This document shows, piece by piece, positions 22,675 through 33,616 of a stretch of 64,000 nt of DNA. Every line of letters begins with the position of its first letter. Within the stretch, counting starts at the first letter, position 1. This DNA comes from Octopus sinensis. Taxonomy: Eukaryota. A program made the translations under genes and the position numbers. The stretch spans positions 11,594,001 through 11,658,000 of the forward strand of contig NC_043003.1 of assembly GCF_006345805.1 (NCBI RefSeq), read 5' to 3'. The notes beneath the pieces are model-generated. The model was not told the origin of the DNA. It saw nothing but the letters and a program-made list of their open reading frames with translations, and made no database searches.

Positions 22675-23960
22675 CTAATTGTTATGCATAGGCTTGAGAA
22701 CAGGGGCTGCTGGAGGTAAAAGCGCATCCCCTAACAATTTTGGTGGGGTTTTGAAAATGCTTTGAACATCCTCTTGAAAACCTTCGTCACAAAAACAAAA
22801 AGAGCATAAAAAAATTTTTGATCTGATTTGGAACATTATTTTTCTATTATTGGATTTATCTGGTTCATTGATGTACAAATATGATAGTAATAATTATTAT
22901 TCAGACCTCGGTTTTCATCCCCTAAGCAAATTTCATACCTACACTTCTGATTGCATGTCACTTTGTCGACCCCCAATTATATTTATGAAAGAAAGAATTA
23001 TCTGTATGTTGTTAGTAAACATTTCATACCTGTAGCATATCCCAGAGCATAGACTATCCAATGTAGTTGTTGATAGATATGATTCTGTATCAAAATGGGA
23101 AGTGACTAGAGAATGCAAGTAATCTGCAAAGATTGGAGAAGCAAATATTTGCAACATCAATGCATGTTTTATTTGTTTTATCTTACATCAGAGATGATAA
23201 ATTCCTGCCTGAGCATGTGGCTGGTGGCAAGTATGGGCCATTGGAAGGTGCAAAAATGCTGAAATGCATCTGGTGCTCTAGCTGGCCACTGTTGGAATGA
23301 ATTTACATATGGCTTTGATTTTCATTGTTTTTAACACAGCATGTCCATAATAGATGTTATCTCTGGACAAATATCATAATAACTGACCTATCAACTGTGT
23401 ATATACATTAAGTATGATACATATTGAATGCTTATATATATATATCTCTTATTATAAAAGGCAGATTTTATCTGCCTCCCTTTGGGAGTTATAGAAATCT
23501 ACAATATAGGATTTCTTCAATTACAATTTACCTAGCATTTTTAAGAGTACAATGCATCGCATCATGCCAGGTCCAGTTTTTAAAATTTAAACTCCAATTA
23601 AGCAAAATTTACAGAAAACTCACATTCTGGTGTGTGTGTCAAATGCTTTTCTTAGTCTGGTTTACACCACATGCAAGCGCACACACACAGTGTGCAACGA
23701 ATAAAATGAAAGTAAATAGCGACAGAGTGATTTGAGGAAGACTAAACTGAAAGTATTTAAACCACTACTCAAAAAATAAAAAAACACAGCAAACAGAAAC
23801 AAATAAATACATAACTATTTATTCCTCACACAATTTCTTCAATTAGAATTTACCTAAGATTTTTCAGAGTATTTCAGTGGGTGATGCCATAAAAAATTTC
23901 TTTCAATTTTACCACCAATTAAGACAAAATTCGAGAAAACTCAATATTTTAACATATCAC
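22675..23960 (-). other. Candidate compact spliced transcript (lncRNA or small ORF); exons ~23960-23854, 23746-23624, 23288-23187, 23105(or 23123)-23030, 22781-<22675
   Basis: Donors gtaaat, gtgagt, gtaaga, gtatga paired with pyrimidine-rich AG acceptors. The last three exons join in one open frame. No homology recognised. Confidence 0.4.
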
Positions 23961-24605
23961 TCCGAAAGCATTGATGTACATGTGTGCGTGCATGAGTGTG
24001 TGTGTGTCATTCCTCACACACACGCATACACATACATATACAACTACATACACATACAACTACATACAAACACGTGTGTGTTTGTTATTAGTAAAAAAGG
24101 CGCCAAAAATCAACTCACTTATCATTCCAACACATTTGCAAAGACACACGGACGGACAGAAAAGGTAAATTGGTTTTTATTTTACTCTGTATATATTTTA
24201 TTATATAATATTATATATAGATATATGTATATATAATTGCAGTATGAAACAGTGTTTATGTATAAACAGACGACACTTATATATAGCTACCAAGCCGCCC
24301 GAATTTACCTATTCATATTTAAATGAGAATATCAGAGCAAATCTCTTTAGTCCATTCGTGAAAACACGTATTATACTTCGTAAACACTTCAACTACAGTT
24401 TTGTACAAAATTCGAAGTGTAATTTTAATTCCGTGAATTATGGGAGATTTTTTTCCAAAATTTGTTCCTATTGTGTTTTCAAAATTTGTAATTCTGACAA
24501 AAAATGGATACGAATTTCATTATATCAAGCAGCGAGTCAGAATTCAAAGGATTTTCTACTGAAGACCTTCATAAATCTAACTCTATGACTGAAAAAAAAA
24601 AAGCA

Positions 24606-24999
24606 TCTTTATATAAGAGTGAAGTTGTGTGTCTGTCTTCTACGATTTAGATTCCCAACTACTCCCACATTTTGCGGTGCAGTTTAACCAAAAGCGGGTA
24701 TCTTATAGTCGTGATTCATATCGAGCCCTTCTGGGTATTAGCGTGCGTCTACGATGAGTCTACGATTTAAAAAAAATTTACCATCATATTTTTCCATTTT
24801 AATGCATTTTTTCGCTTTTATATAAGGGAAGTAACTCTCTAAAAATATCTACGATGTGTCAACGATTTAAAAAAAAATTTACCTTAAATTTTTTTCAATT
24901 TTTAATGCATTTTTTTGCTATTTTTTGGCTATAACTCTCTAAAAATGCTTATATATTTATTTCCCTTACAACCCGAGCAATGCCGGGCGATACTGCTAG
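24606..24999 (+). mobile_element. Non-autonomous Helitron H1
   Basis: Inserted at A|T; 5' TC, 3' hairpin cccgagcaatgccggg, then CTAG; ~100-bp internal tandem duplication (24749-24846 / 24849-24945). Confidence 0.88.
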
Positions 25000-25071
25000 T
25001 ATATATATATATTACACATAAGAATTAAACAATAAAAAAAAGTCTGAGAATCGTCAATCAAGGAAAAGAGA

Positions 25072-25299
25072 TTAACCCTTTAGCGTTCAAATTAATATGT
25101 CAAAAGTAATCCTTATTCATTTACATTTTAAAAAATTAATCTGGTATTATCTTGTAGCTTCAAGATTTGAAAGATGTAATCGTTTATTTTTAGAATGACA
25201 TTGTAGGGTAGGTGTGAGATGCAGGATCTGGCCAATTTGAGCATAAAATGAGTAGAATATTTGGGCTGGATATAACCGGTTTAAACACTGAAGGGTCAA
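25072..25299 (+). mobile_element. piggyBac-type MITE A
   Basis: TTAA-CCCTTTAGC ... TGAAGGG-TCAA. Confidence 0.85.
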
Positions 25300-25390
25300 A
25301 GGAAGAAACTGAAATATTTTGTAACTGATCCAGTTTTCCTCGCTATAAAAAAGATAGCTCTATTTAATAAAAAAAACTCACATTAGCTCC

Positions 25391-25685
25391 ATCATCATCA
25401 TCGTTTAATGTCTGTTTTCCATGCTAACATGGGTTGGACAGTTTGACTGGGGTCTGGGAAGCCAGGAGGCTGCACCAGGCCCAGTCTGATCTGGCAGTGT
25501 TTCTACAGCTGGATGCCCTTCCTAACGCCAACCACTCCATGAATGTAGTGTGTGCTTTTTACGTGCCACCGGTACAGGTGCCAGGCGAGGCTGGCAACGG
25601 CCACGATCGGATGGTTTTTTTACATGCCACCGGCACTGGTTATCACAACTACAATTTCCATTGATTTTTGATCGATTTCGATTTC
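25391..25685 (-). mobile_element. Retroposon R1
   Basis: catcatcatcatcgtttaatgtc...ctacagctggatgcccttcctaacgccaacc. Confidence 0.9.
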
Positions 25686-26544
25686 CTAGTAACTAGTTGT
25701 CTTGTAGTTGCCAGATGGTTATTTGGTTTTCTTCTATTTTTATGTGCCATCTTCTCTTGAGTGTGCCATCTTTCAAAATGTCAATTTCAAGTATCCAGTC
25801 TTTATTATGGTTTTATAATTTCCTCATCATAATTAAGGTTTATCTTGCAGGTGTGGGCAGCAAAATCAACCGCCAACTATTTGCTACCTTCTCCACTCCA
25901 TAAAGTTCATCATCATCATCATCATCATCATTGGTATTGTAGTTGTTGTTTTTTCTTTTTCCATTGTCCTCAGACAATGAAGCCAACTAGTTAAGCCACC
26001 AACTAATATAAGATAATGCTTTAAATGTCACTGCCAATCTAATTAGTTAAGTGAATGCACTTCCAGTTTACAATTTGTGACTTTAGGTTGTTGTTTTTTT
26101 CCTCTTTTTCTTTTCTTTTTTTTTTTGACCTTTTGAAATGGAACCTAAATGCCATAACAAAAAGATGATTGAGGACGGGGAGTGGGGTTGGTGGGAGGGA
26201 AGACAGAAGAAACCAAAAGAGCGCACACACACTCACACACACTCACACTCACGCATACACACACACCAGCCAAACACCAAATTGTGTCAAACACACAAAC
26301 TTCGGCTCCCACCATGAGGTTTCCTGGGCAGTAGGTAATCAGCCTAATACTTGCCCCCTAACTAATGGAATCTTCTTTTCATGGATGTAGTTTTAGCGGG
26401 ACGGGGAAGGGCTGCGGGGTGTTTGAAACAAAGAAAGCGGAGTGGAGTGTGACACTTCACTTCTTCAAGTGCTGCTTGCTTCAATTTCTTTCACTATTTG
26501 CTCTGTGAAGACTCCATTTGTTCCCTTCCACCTGCCACCCTCAC

Positions 26545-26614
26545 CTTCTCTGCAGCTGCCTCCTACTTTGCCATATCTTCTATCTACCATTGTTGGTTCA
26601 GTGCTAAACTTCTT
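26545..26614 (-). other. Candidate 70-nt exon (KKFSTEPTMVDRRYGKVGGSCRE)
   Basis: caacag| acceptor and AAG|gtgagg donor; only one frame is open. Confidence 0.2.
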
Positions 26615-26777
26615 CTGTTGGGATATAATTCATTTCATTAAGGGTTTTAAGGACGGCTCGTGTGTATTTAAACTGTTTTACAAACATTTACCCAAACATT
26701 TGGTAACCCAGTGCATTACAGCTTGATATGGAAAAATGCAAGCCCTCACCTCTCTTTCTTTCACACACACACACACC

Positions 26778-27240
26778 ATCATCATTATCATCGTTTAACG
26801 TCCACTTTCCATGTTGGCATGGGTTGGACAGCTTGACTGAGGACTAATGAGCCAGATGGCTGCACCAGGCTCCAATCTAATCTGGCAGAGTTTCTACAGC
26901 TGGATGCCCTTCCTAATGCCAACCACCCCGAGAGTGTAGTGGGTGCTTTTATATGCCACCAGCACAAGGGCCAGTCGGGCAGTACTGGCGATGGCCACGC
27001 TCAAGTGGTATTTTTTATGTGCCACCTGCCCAGGAGCCAGTCCAGCGGCACTGGCAATGACCTCGCTTGAATGTTGTTTTTCAGGTGCCAGCAAGGCGAT
27101 ACTAGTAACAATCACGCTCGAATGGGAGCTAGTCAGTGGCCCTGGCAACGATCACACTCAGATGGTGCTTTTAACATTCCACTGGCACGGGTGCCGGTCA
27201 GACAGTACTGTCATCCGTCATGTCAGTGAATTCGATTTTA
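26778..27240 (-). mobile_element. Retroposon R1, long internal sub-repeat array
   Basis: Same tail as 25391, with about four gtgcc-N-ggcac-type units. Confidence 0.9.
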
Positions 27241-27394
27241 TATACATCAATGTACAATTGACTACATATCACACTTCTTCATACACATAAATGCTTCTTT
27301 GCCCAATCAAAAAGGAAAGAGGTGATGGTCATGTTTGGACTGCCTTGGACCAAGTGTCTGCTCAATCAGAGCTAACTTGTGGTTAGGCAATGTA

Positions 27395-27640
27395 ATTACA
27401 CAAGTGTGGTTGCGTGATTAAGAGGCGTCTTTTGTCATCTTATGGTCACAAGTTCCATCTCACAGTGTGCCACCTTGGAAAAGTCTCTTTACTATAGCCC
27501 TGGGCCAATTAAAGCCTTGTCAGTAGAGTTGGAAGAAGTTTCGGGTGTGTGTGTTTGTGTGTGTGTACATGTGTGGTTGTCATGACTTCATATGATAGTT
27601 GTAAATGAGTGTCACCTTCATATCAGCGATGTTCTTTTGT
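27395..27640 (+). mobile_element. SINE S1-related, degenerate
   Basis: gccaccttggaaaagtctctttactatagccctgggcc...aaagccttg. Confidence 0.6.
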
Positions 27641-27641
27641 T

Positions 27642-28030
27642 TGCAGTCATTGGATTGTGGCCATGCTGGGATACTGCCTTGAAAGGTACTAGTTGAACAG
27701 TTCAACTGCAGTATTTGTTTTTTTAAAGTTTGGTGTATATTCTATCAGTCTCTTTTGTGAAACGACAGTGGCATAAACAAACCAACACTGGTTATCAAGC
27801 GATGGGGTGGACAAACATACAAACACTCACACACGTACATATATTTATGTATGTCTGTGTATATGACAGATTTCCACTTTGTTTCCATCTACCAGATTCC
27901 TTCACAACGTATTGATTGGATCAGATCTCTAGTAGCAGACATTTCCCCAGGGTGCTGAATAGTGGGACTGAACCTTAACTTACATGGTTGCAAAGCAAGC
28001 TTCTTACCCATACAGCCATGCCAGCACCTA
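27642..28030 (-). mobile_element. SINE S1, full length, diverged
   Basis: cagtcattggattgtggccatgctgg...gcttcttacccatacagccatgccagcaccta. Confidence 0.8.
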
Positions 28031-28519
28031 GCAATACATGTGCGTGTGTGTGTGTGTGTGAGTATTTGCACTTGCTTTCCCTTTTTCTTTTTCTTTTTTT
28101 TTTTAATTTGTTTTATTTCATTTCTGCTAGTTTCATTTAAAAGTGGGTGACTGGGATTCGTGGTGGCCTGTGGTGATTGCAAGGTCAGCAGAACGGAAAT
28201 TGGGAGTCTGCATGATGGCTATCTGGTGAGCATTTCGCCTGATAATCTTCTGACTTTCATGGATGGCTGTGACATGGATAGGATGAAAGAGATAGAGAGA
28301 GAGAGAATGACAGAGACTGTGAATCTATGTCTGTGTGTGTGTGCACGTGAACGCAGACGCGTGTGATAACCATAGGCTTCTCCGAGGTGCTGCTTCTCTG
28401 ATTGTGGTCATTCTTGCAATAAAATAACAATCAGTTCAATTCCAGTTCTTGCACGCGTGCATACACACACACACACACAGCTTTCCCCATTGCTGCAAGA
28501 TGCTGGGTGGTTTATGGTG

Positions 28520-28665
28520 GTTATTGGAGATTGTAACACGCACACACGCACACACACACAGACACACACATACACAGACACACACACACACAAACACACA
28601 CAGACACACACACACACAGACACACTCAGACACACACACACAGACAGACACACAAACACAGACAC

Positions 28666-28700
<35 letters not shown>

Positions 28701-28747
28701 CACAGACACACTCAGACACACACACACAGACAGACACACAAACACAG

Positions 28748-28778
<31 letters not shown>

Positions 28779-28785
28779 CACATTG
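28520..28785. repeat. (CA)n array with higher-order repeat
   Basis: agacacactcagacacacacacacagacagacacacaaac occurs twice. Confidence 0.9.
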
Positions 28786-29239
28786 TGTATTTATATGCAT
28801 GAATCATGTGAAGTGGTTTGTGTGTGTGTGTCTGTGTGTGTGTGGATGCGTACACTTAAGTATTGTTTTCTTTCACACCAGCAATTTCCCCACCCTCCAC
28901 CCCACCCCCACCCCTGTCTTTAGCTTTATCCACTACTGCAAATATTATCTCTCTTTCGCTCTCTCTCCCTTTCTCTCTTACTATATCTTCCTTGAACTGC
29001 GCTTCTGTCTGTCTCTCTTTGTCTCTTTCCCTCTGCCTGTCTGTCTGTCTGTCCCTCTTTCCCCACACTCATCTCCACATTACACTCCACCTCCCCCCCC
29101 CGTGTGCAATACACACATGCAACCCTTGCTCACCCAGCTCCCACAGACTCACTCTCACTACCCTTACTTAGACACACACACACACACACCTCACAGGCCC
29201 CACCACCATAATTACATACACCTTCCACCTATGTGCTTG

Positions 29240-29450
29240 TACATGTACACACACCACACACACACACACACATCACACATACACACACACACCACACACA
29301 CACACACACACATCACACACCACACACATCACACACACACCACACACACACATCACACACACATACACACACACACCACACACACACATCACACACACAT
29401 ACACACACACCACACACACACATCACACACACACATCACACACACACACA
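29240..29450. repeat. (CA)n/(CAT/CAC)-interrupted array
   Basis: Direct reading; gives the H/T-rich ORFs. Confidence 0.9.
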
Positions 29451-29543
29451 CCTTTTACTACATATTGTCTTTCTCTCTGCACAGTTAGTTCCCTTACTCT
29501 CTCTTTCTTTCTTTTGTTGTTTTTCACTATTATTTTTACCACC

Positions 29544-29583
<40 letters not shown>

Positions 29584-29719
29584 ATAATAATAATAATAAT
29601 ACTTTTCCCTACCTTTATTCCCCCTATTCTCCTTCAGACTCTTTTGCCTTTAACACTCACCAGCTTTTACCATTTCCATATTTCCATATCTTCTTCTTCC
29701 CTTACTTTCTCCTCCATCA

Positions 29720-29760
29720 CCCCGCCAACACCCGCCCGCCCGCCGCCACCCGCCCGCCCG
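29720..29760 (-). other. (GGGC)n G-quadruplex / GC-box cluster
   Basis: Seven runs of three or more C in 40 bp, including an 18-bp tandem duplicate cacccgcccgcccgccgc. Confidence 0.5.
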
Positions 29761-30314
29761 CCGCCACCACCACCATCACACTCCTTACCTATCCCACTCC
29801 CCCGCCTCCTCCACCTCCACCTGTCACCCCCCACCACCGCTGCGCCCACCACCCTCTACCTCCATTTTTATCTCTACAGCTCTGTCTGCTACAGCCACAG
29901 AAAAGTTTTATTGCCTTGGTCTTTCTTTGTGTTGGCCATTGCTTATTATGCACTCTCCCCCTCACTCTCTCTCTCTCTCCTCCTCACTCTCTTTTGCTAT
30001 CTTTCTATCTCTCTCCCCCTCTCTTTATCTCCTTTTTATGTCTCTCTTTCACCCTCTCTCTCCCTCTCTAATTCATTCCTTTCTCTATCTATCTCATCTC
30101 TTTTCCTCCCACAATCATCACCATCTCTCATTTTATGTTGCTGCTGCTGCTGTTGTGTCCAAGAGTCTGTCTGATCAATCAGGTCCATCCATGCTTTATC
30201 TCCCAGTCTCCTTAGAAATGATGACTCACCCTGACTTTGCCAGAAAGAGAGAGAGAGAGAGAGAGAGGTACAGGCTAAAGAAAACCACTTACTCAGCAAG
30301 CACTGACCATTGAC

Positions 30315-30345
<31 letters not shown>

Positions 30346-32313
30346 AATCATCAATACTACCACCACCACCACCTCTATATGTTGTTATGGCTATCCTTCA
30401 TAGTTTTCTCTCCCACCCCCATTCTCACTACCACCTCCACTACCATCACCACCACCACCTCCAAATATGCCTACACACCATTATCTTTTTCCTTGGTTGG
30501 TGTGCACTCCCAAATTTTTCCCTATTCCTCATTAAAACTATCTTGTTACTTCTCATTTATAGTCCCACCAGTTCAGGGTAAAAAAAAAAAAAAAAAAAAA
30601 CTCTCCTTGTGGCTAGGAGCCAAAAGTAGTGTTCTCTCTCTCTCCTCTTCGTGGTTGTTTGACTTGCTAGAAATAATAGCCATGTTTCATTCATGTCAGA
30701 ATCTGTTAGCTTTGGTTAATATGGCCCTGGGTTTCCTGCACACTGAAAAACGATGAGGTGGCCTCAGTTGGAATGCTTTCTGCATTGTCAAGACTGATCT
30801 GGAATTTATATGGTTACTAGAACACCTTCACATTCTCACTCCTTCTCTTTCTCAATCTTGCGCACACACACACACACACGAGGTGTCCCCTAGAAGACAG
30901 TTAATACAAAAGAGATAATCATTTCTTAATAATGTTTGGCTTGGTTAGAGGTTTGAATATGAAATTAAGGAATACAGGCAAAGATGTCTAGAAGACCCAT
31001 ATTCAAATTTTTCTCTCCCTCTCTCTTTGTTGCTTACATGAAGTTATAATACCGTATGGCACTATTTCACTCTTTTTTTAAATCAGCAGCATGGTGATAT
31101 ATCAATATATATTTAATTATCAATAAGCAAAGGAAAGAAAGTAGTACTCAATACATTTAAATGTGGTTGTCATACAAGTAGTGTCCTTCATTTTCAGTAC
31201 CTGTGAGAACATGTCTGATCTTGGAGAACATGAGGGTTGGAGATTGGAAGGGCTTCTGGCTTTAGAAAGTCTACCTCAATAAACTCTGCCTGACCCGTGT
31301 TAGCATTTGAAAAGTGGTCTTTAAATGATGATGGAGCTGGCTGTCAAAATGTGCATTGTGGTTCTTCAGCAGAAATATGTAATATCTGGAATAATAAGAA
31401 CAGTGGCTTGCATCTAGTTCTCCAACATATTATGTATTGTTTGTTTGTTTGTTTGTTAAGCGAAGCAGTCTTCATCCCAGAGTGGGAGAAGTCCGAAACG
31501 TGGTCCCTTGCTATTCTTAAGACCCACAGAAGAGAAAGCAGGTCAACCCTTGAAACTGAGAGCATTGAAGGATGGATGGACATATTATGTATGACACAAT
31601 AGGTGTGTTCAATCACATCTCACCTTGACCTACAGAACACCAGAAACAAGTAGTTACATAAATTGACCCTTTATTGAGCCCCATAGGATAACAGGGGAGT
31701 CAGGCAGGCAGGCAGTCATACCAAGACTGTGTATTTTATATCTTAAACCTTAAACCCAGCCAAACATCCCCCCTCATTCCTCCCCAGGACTGCAACTCTT
31801 TTAGAAATCCCCTCTTTCTTCCTTTTCCTTTTGCACCTATGTATTTTGGGTTGATGATGTCCAAATTAAGCAACCAACCACATCAATTTTGTCTAAGATA
31901 ATGATTCTCAACCATTTTTTTTTTTTTTACCTCTGACCCCCATTTGATCCCTACTTTACTCTACTGAACCCTTTTAGCCATTCAATGTTGAAAAAAAAGC
32001 CTGTCATATTTTTATAATTAACTATTATTAGGAACTGTATAAAAAAAAAAATATTCGGTAGTTTTTGGTTATCTCACCCCTATTAAAAAATTGGATTATC
32101 TCCCCAAGTTTTATGAGAGATATCAGTACTTTTGGTTATCCCCCTCATCTCAAACAAATGGTTAACCCTCAATAAAGTGAAAAAACAAAAGTGAAACGAT
32201 GAAACATTTTACTGAATCTGACAACATTTTTATAACAAATCATACCGTACCTATTGAGGAGGCCAAACGTCAACAATGTGTCGGGAGTATTGAATCACAA
32301 GGACCTAACTCTT

Positions 32314-32540
32314 TTAACCCTTTTGTTACCAAACCGGCTGAAACTGCCCCTGGCTCTGAAGTACAAATGTCTTGTTTTCATAAGTTCTGAATTAAATTCT
32401 TCCACCAAACCTTAGTCAAAATTTAAGTTCCTGACCCTAGCATAAATATAACTATTATTTTACTAAATTCTTTGTTATATCTAAAATAATTAAGAGAAGC
32501 ACAGAGCATCTCAACAGAAATATGGTAACAAAAGGGTTAA
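32314..32540 (+). mobile_element. piggyBac-type MITE B
   Basis: TTAA-CCCTTTTGTTAC ... GTAACAAAAGGG-TTAA. Confidence 0.93.
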
Positions 32541-32565
32541 ATTATATAATAGAGAAACAATTTTC

Positions 32566-32795
32566 TTAACCCTTTTGATACCAACCCAGCTGAAACCACC
32601 TCTGGCTCTGTGGTACAAATGTTTTGTTTTCAGAAGTTTTGAATAAAAATCTTCCACCAAACCTTAGTCACAATTTATGTTCTTAACACAAGCTTAATGA
32701 TAGCTAAATTACTTTACTAAATTCTTTGTTATATTTAAAATTAATCGAAAGAAATTCAGAGCATCTCAACAGAAATATGGTTACAAAAGGGTTAA
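32566..32795 (+). mobile_element. piggyBac-type MITE B
   Basis: TTAA-CCCTTTTGATAC ... GTTACAAAAGGG-TTAA. Confidence 0.93.
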
Positions 32796-32929
32796 TCCAA
32801 TCTCTTGTCGCCACATTAACTCAATTTTTCAGTAAGGAGGTAACCCAGTTTTTTAATGGCAATTTTTTAATGGGGGTGAGATAACCAAAAAATACCAAAT
32901 ATTTTGTGTATTATCTTTTATTATCTTTT

Positions 32930-32985
32930 ATCTTTTATCTTTTACTTGTTTCAGTCATTAGACTGTGGCCATGCTGGGGCAACCA
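32930..32985 (-). mobile_element. SINE S1 3' tip
   Basis: ttttacttgtttcagtcattagactgtggccatgctgg. Confidence 0.75.
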
Positions 32986-33356
32986 ATTTATTACACATAA
33001 AGTTCAACAACAAAATCTTATATGGATCCTGGTTGAGAACCACCTGTGTTACAAAGTTTGCAGGCCCTGCCTTCTTCCTTGGCTGACTAATTCAGAATGC
33101 TAGGTTTTTATGGCTTTCAGTTTAGGCATCCCTTTTGGAAAGGTAGTCAGCTGTAAAGGAGAGCCTATGCATAGATATGTTCGGTTTTATTACATTCATT
33201 TGTGAACAATAACTTCATTTAAACTCAGAGAGATCTAAGAGATCTAATGGGCAAACAACTGGGTTACTACCTTTTCAATCTATGAAATGACAAGGAGGTA
33301 TTTATGAACATCACTAGCTCACATGTCCTCGTCTAGTTGTACACCAAGGCCACTGC

Positions 33357-33580
33357 TTAACCTTTTAGCATCCAGATTCCCCTCTTGAATATAATGCGCA
33401 TATATTCACATTATTTTGAATTAATTGCGCATTATCTCACAGCTCAAAGATTTCAGCGATGTGATTGTTTAATTTCTAGAACAACAGTGTCAGATAGGTG
33501 TGTGAGACATTGGCTGGCTTGAACATAAACTGGTAGAATATTTAGGCCGGGTGTGGCTGGTTTAATTACCAAAGGGTTAA
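33357..33580 (+). mobile_element. piggyBac-type MITE A
   Basis: TTAA-CCTTTTAGC ... CCAAAGGG-TTAA. Confidence 0.85.
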
Positions 33581-33616
33581 GCTGACTATTTCTGTGTATA
33601 TTACAAGATGTTCATA

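Larger units (their letters stand above)
32047..32905. mobile_element. Unclassified TIR element (~45-bp TIRs) hosting two MITE B copies
   Basis: aaaatattcggtagtttttggttatctcacccctattaaaaaattg versus reverse-complement aaaatatttggtattttttggttatctcacccccattaaaaaattg. Confidence 0.7.

Noticed and set aside
28408-30174. Long ORFs (343 aa, 313 aa, 185 aa and others) rich in H/T, C/V and P/L
   Set aside because: They are translations of (CA)n, (ACC)n and CT-rich simple repeats. These lack stop codons by composition, are open in several frames and on both strands, and show no domain.
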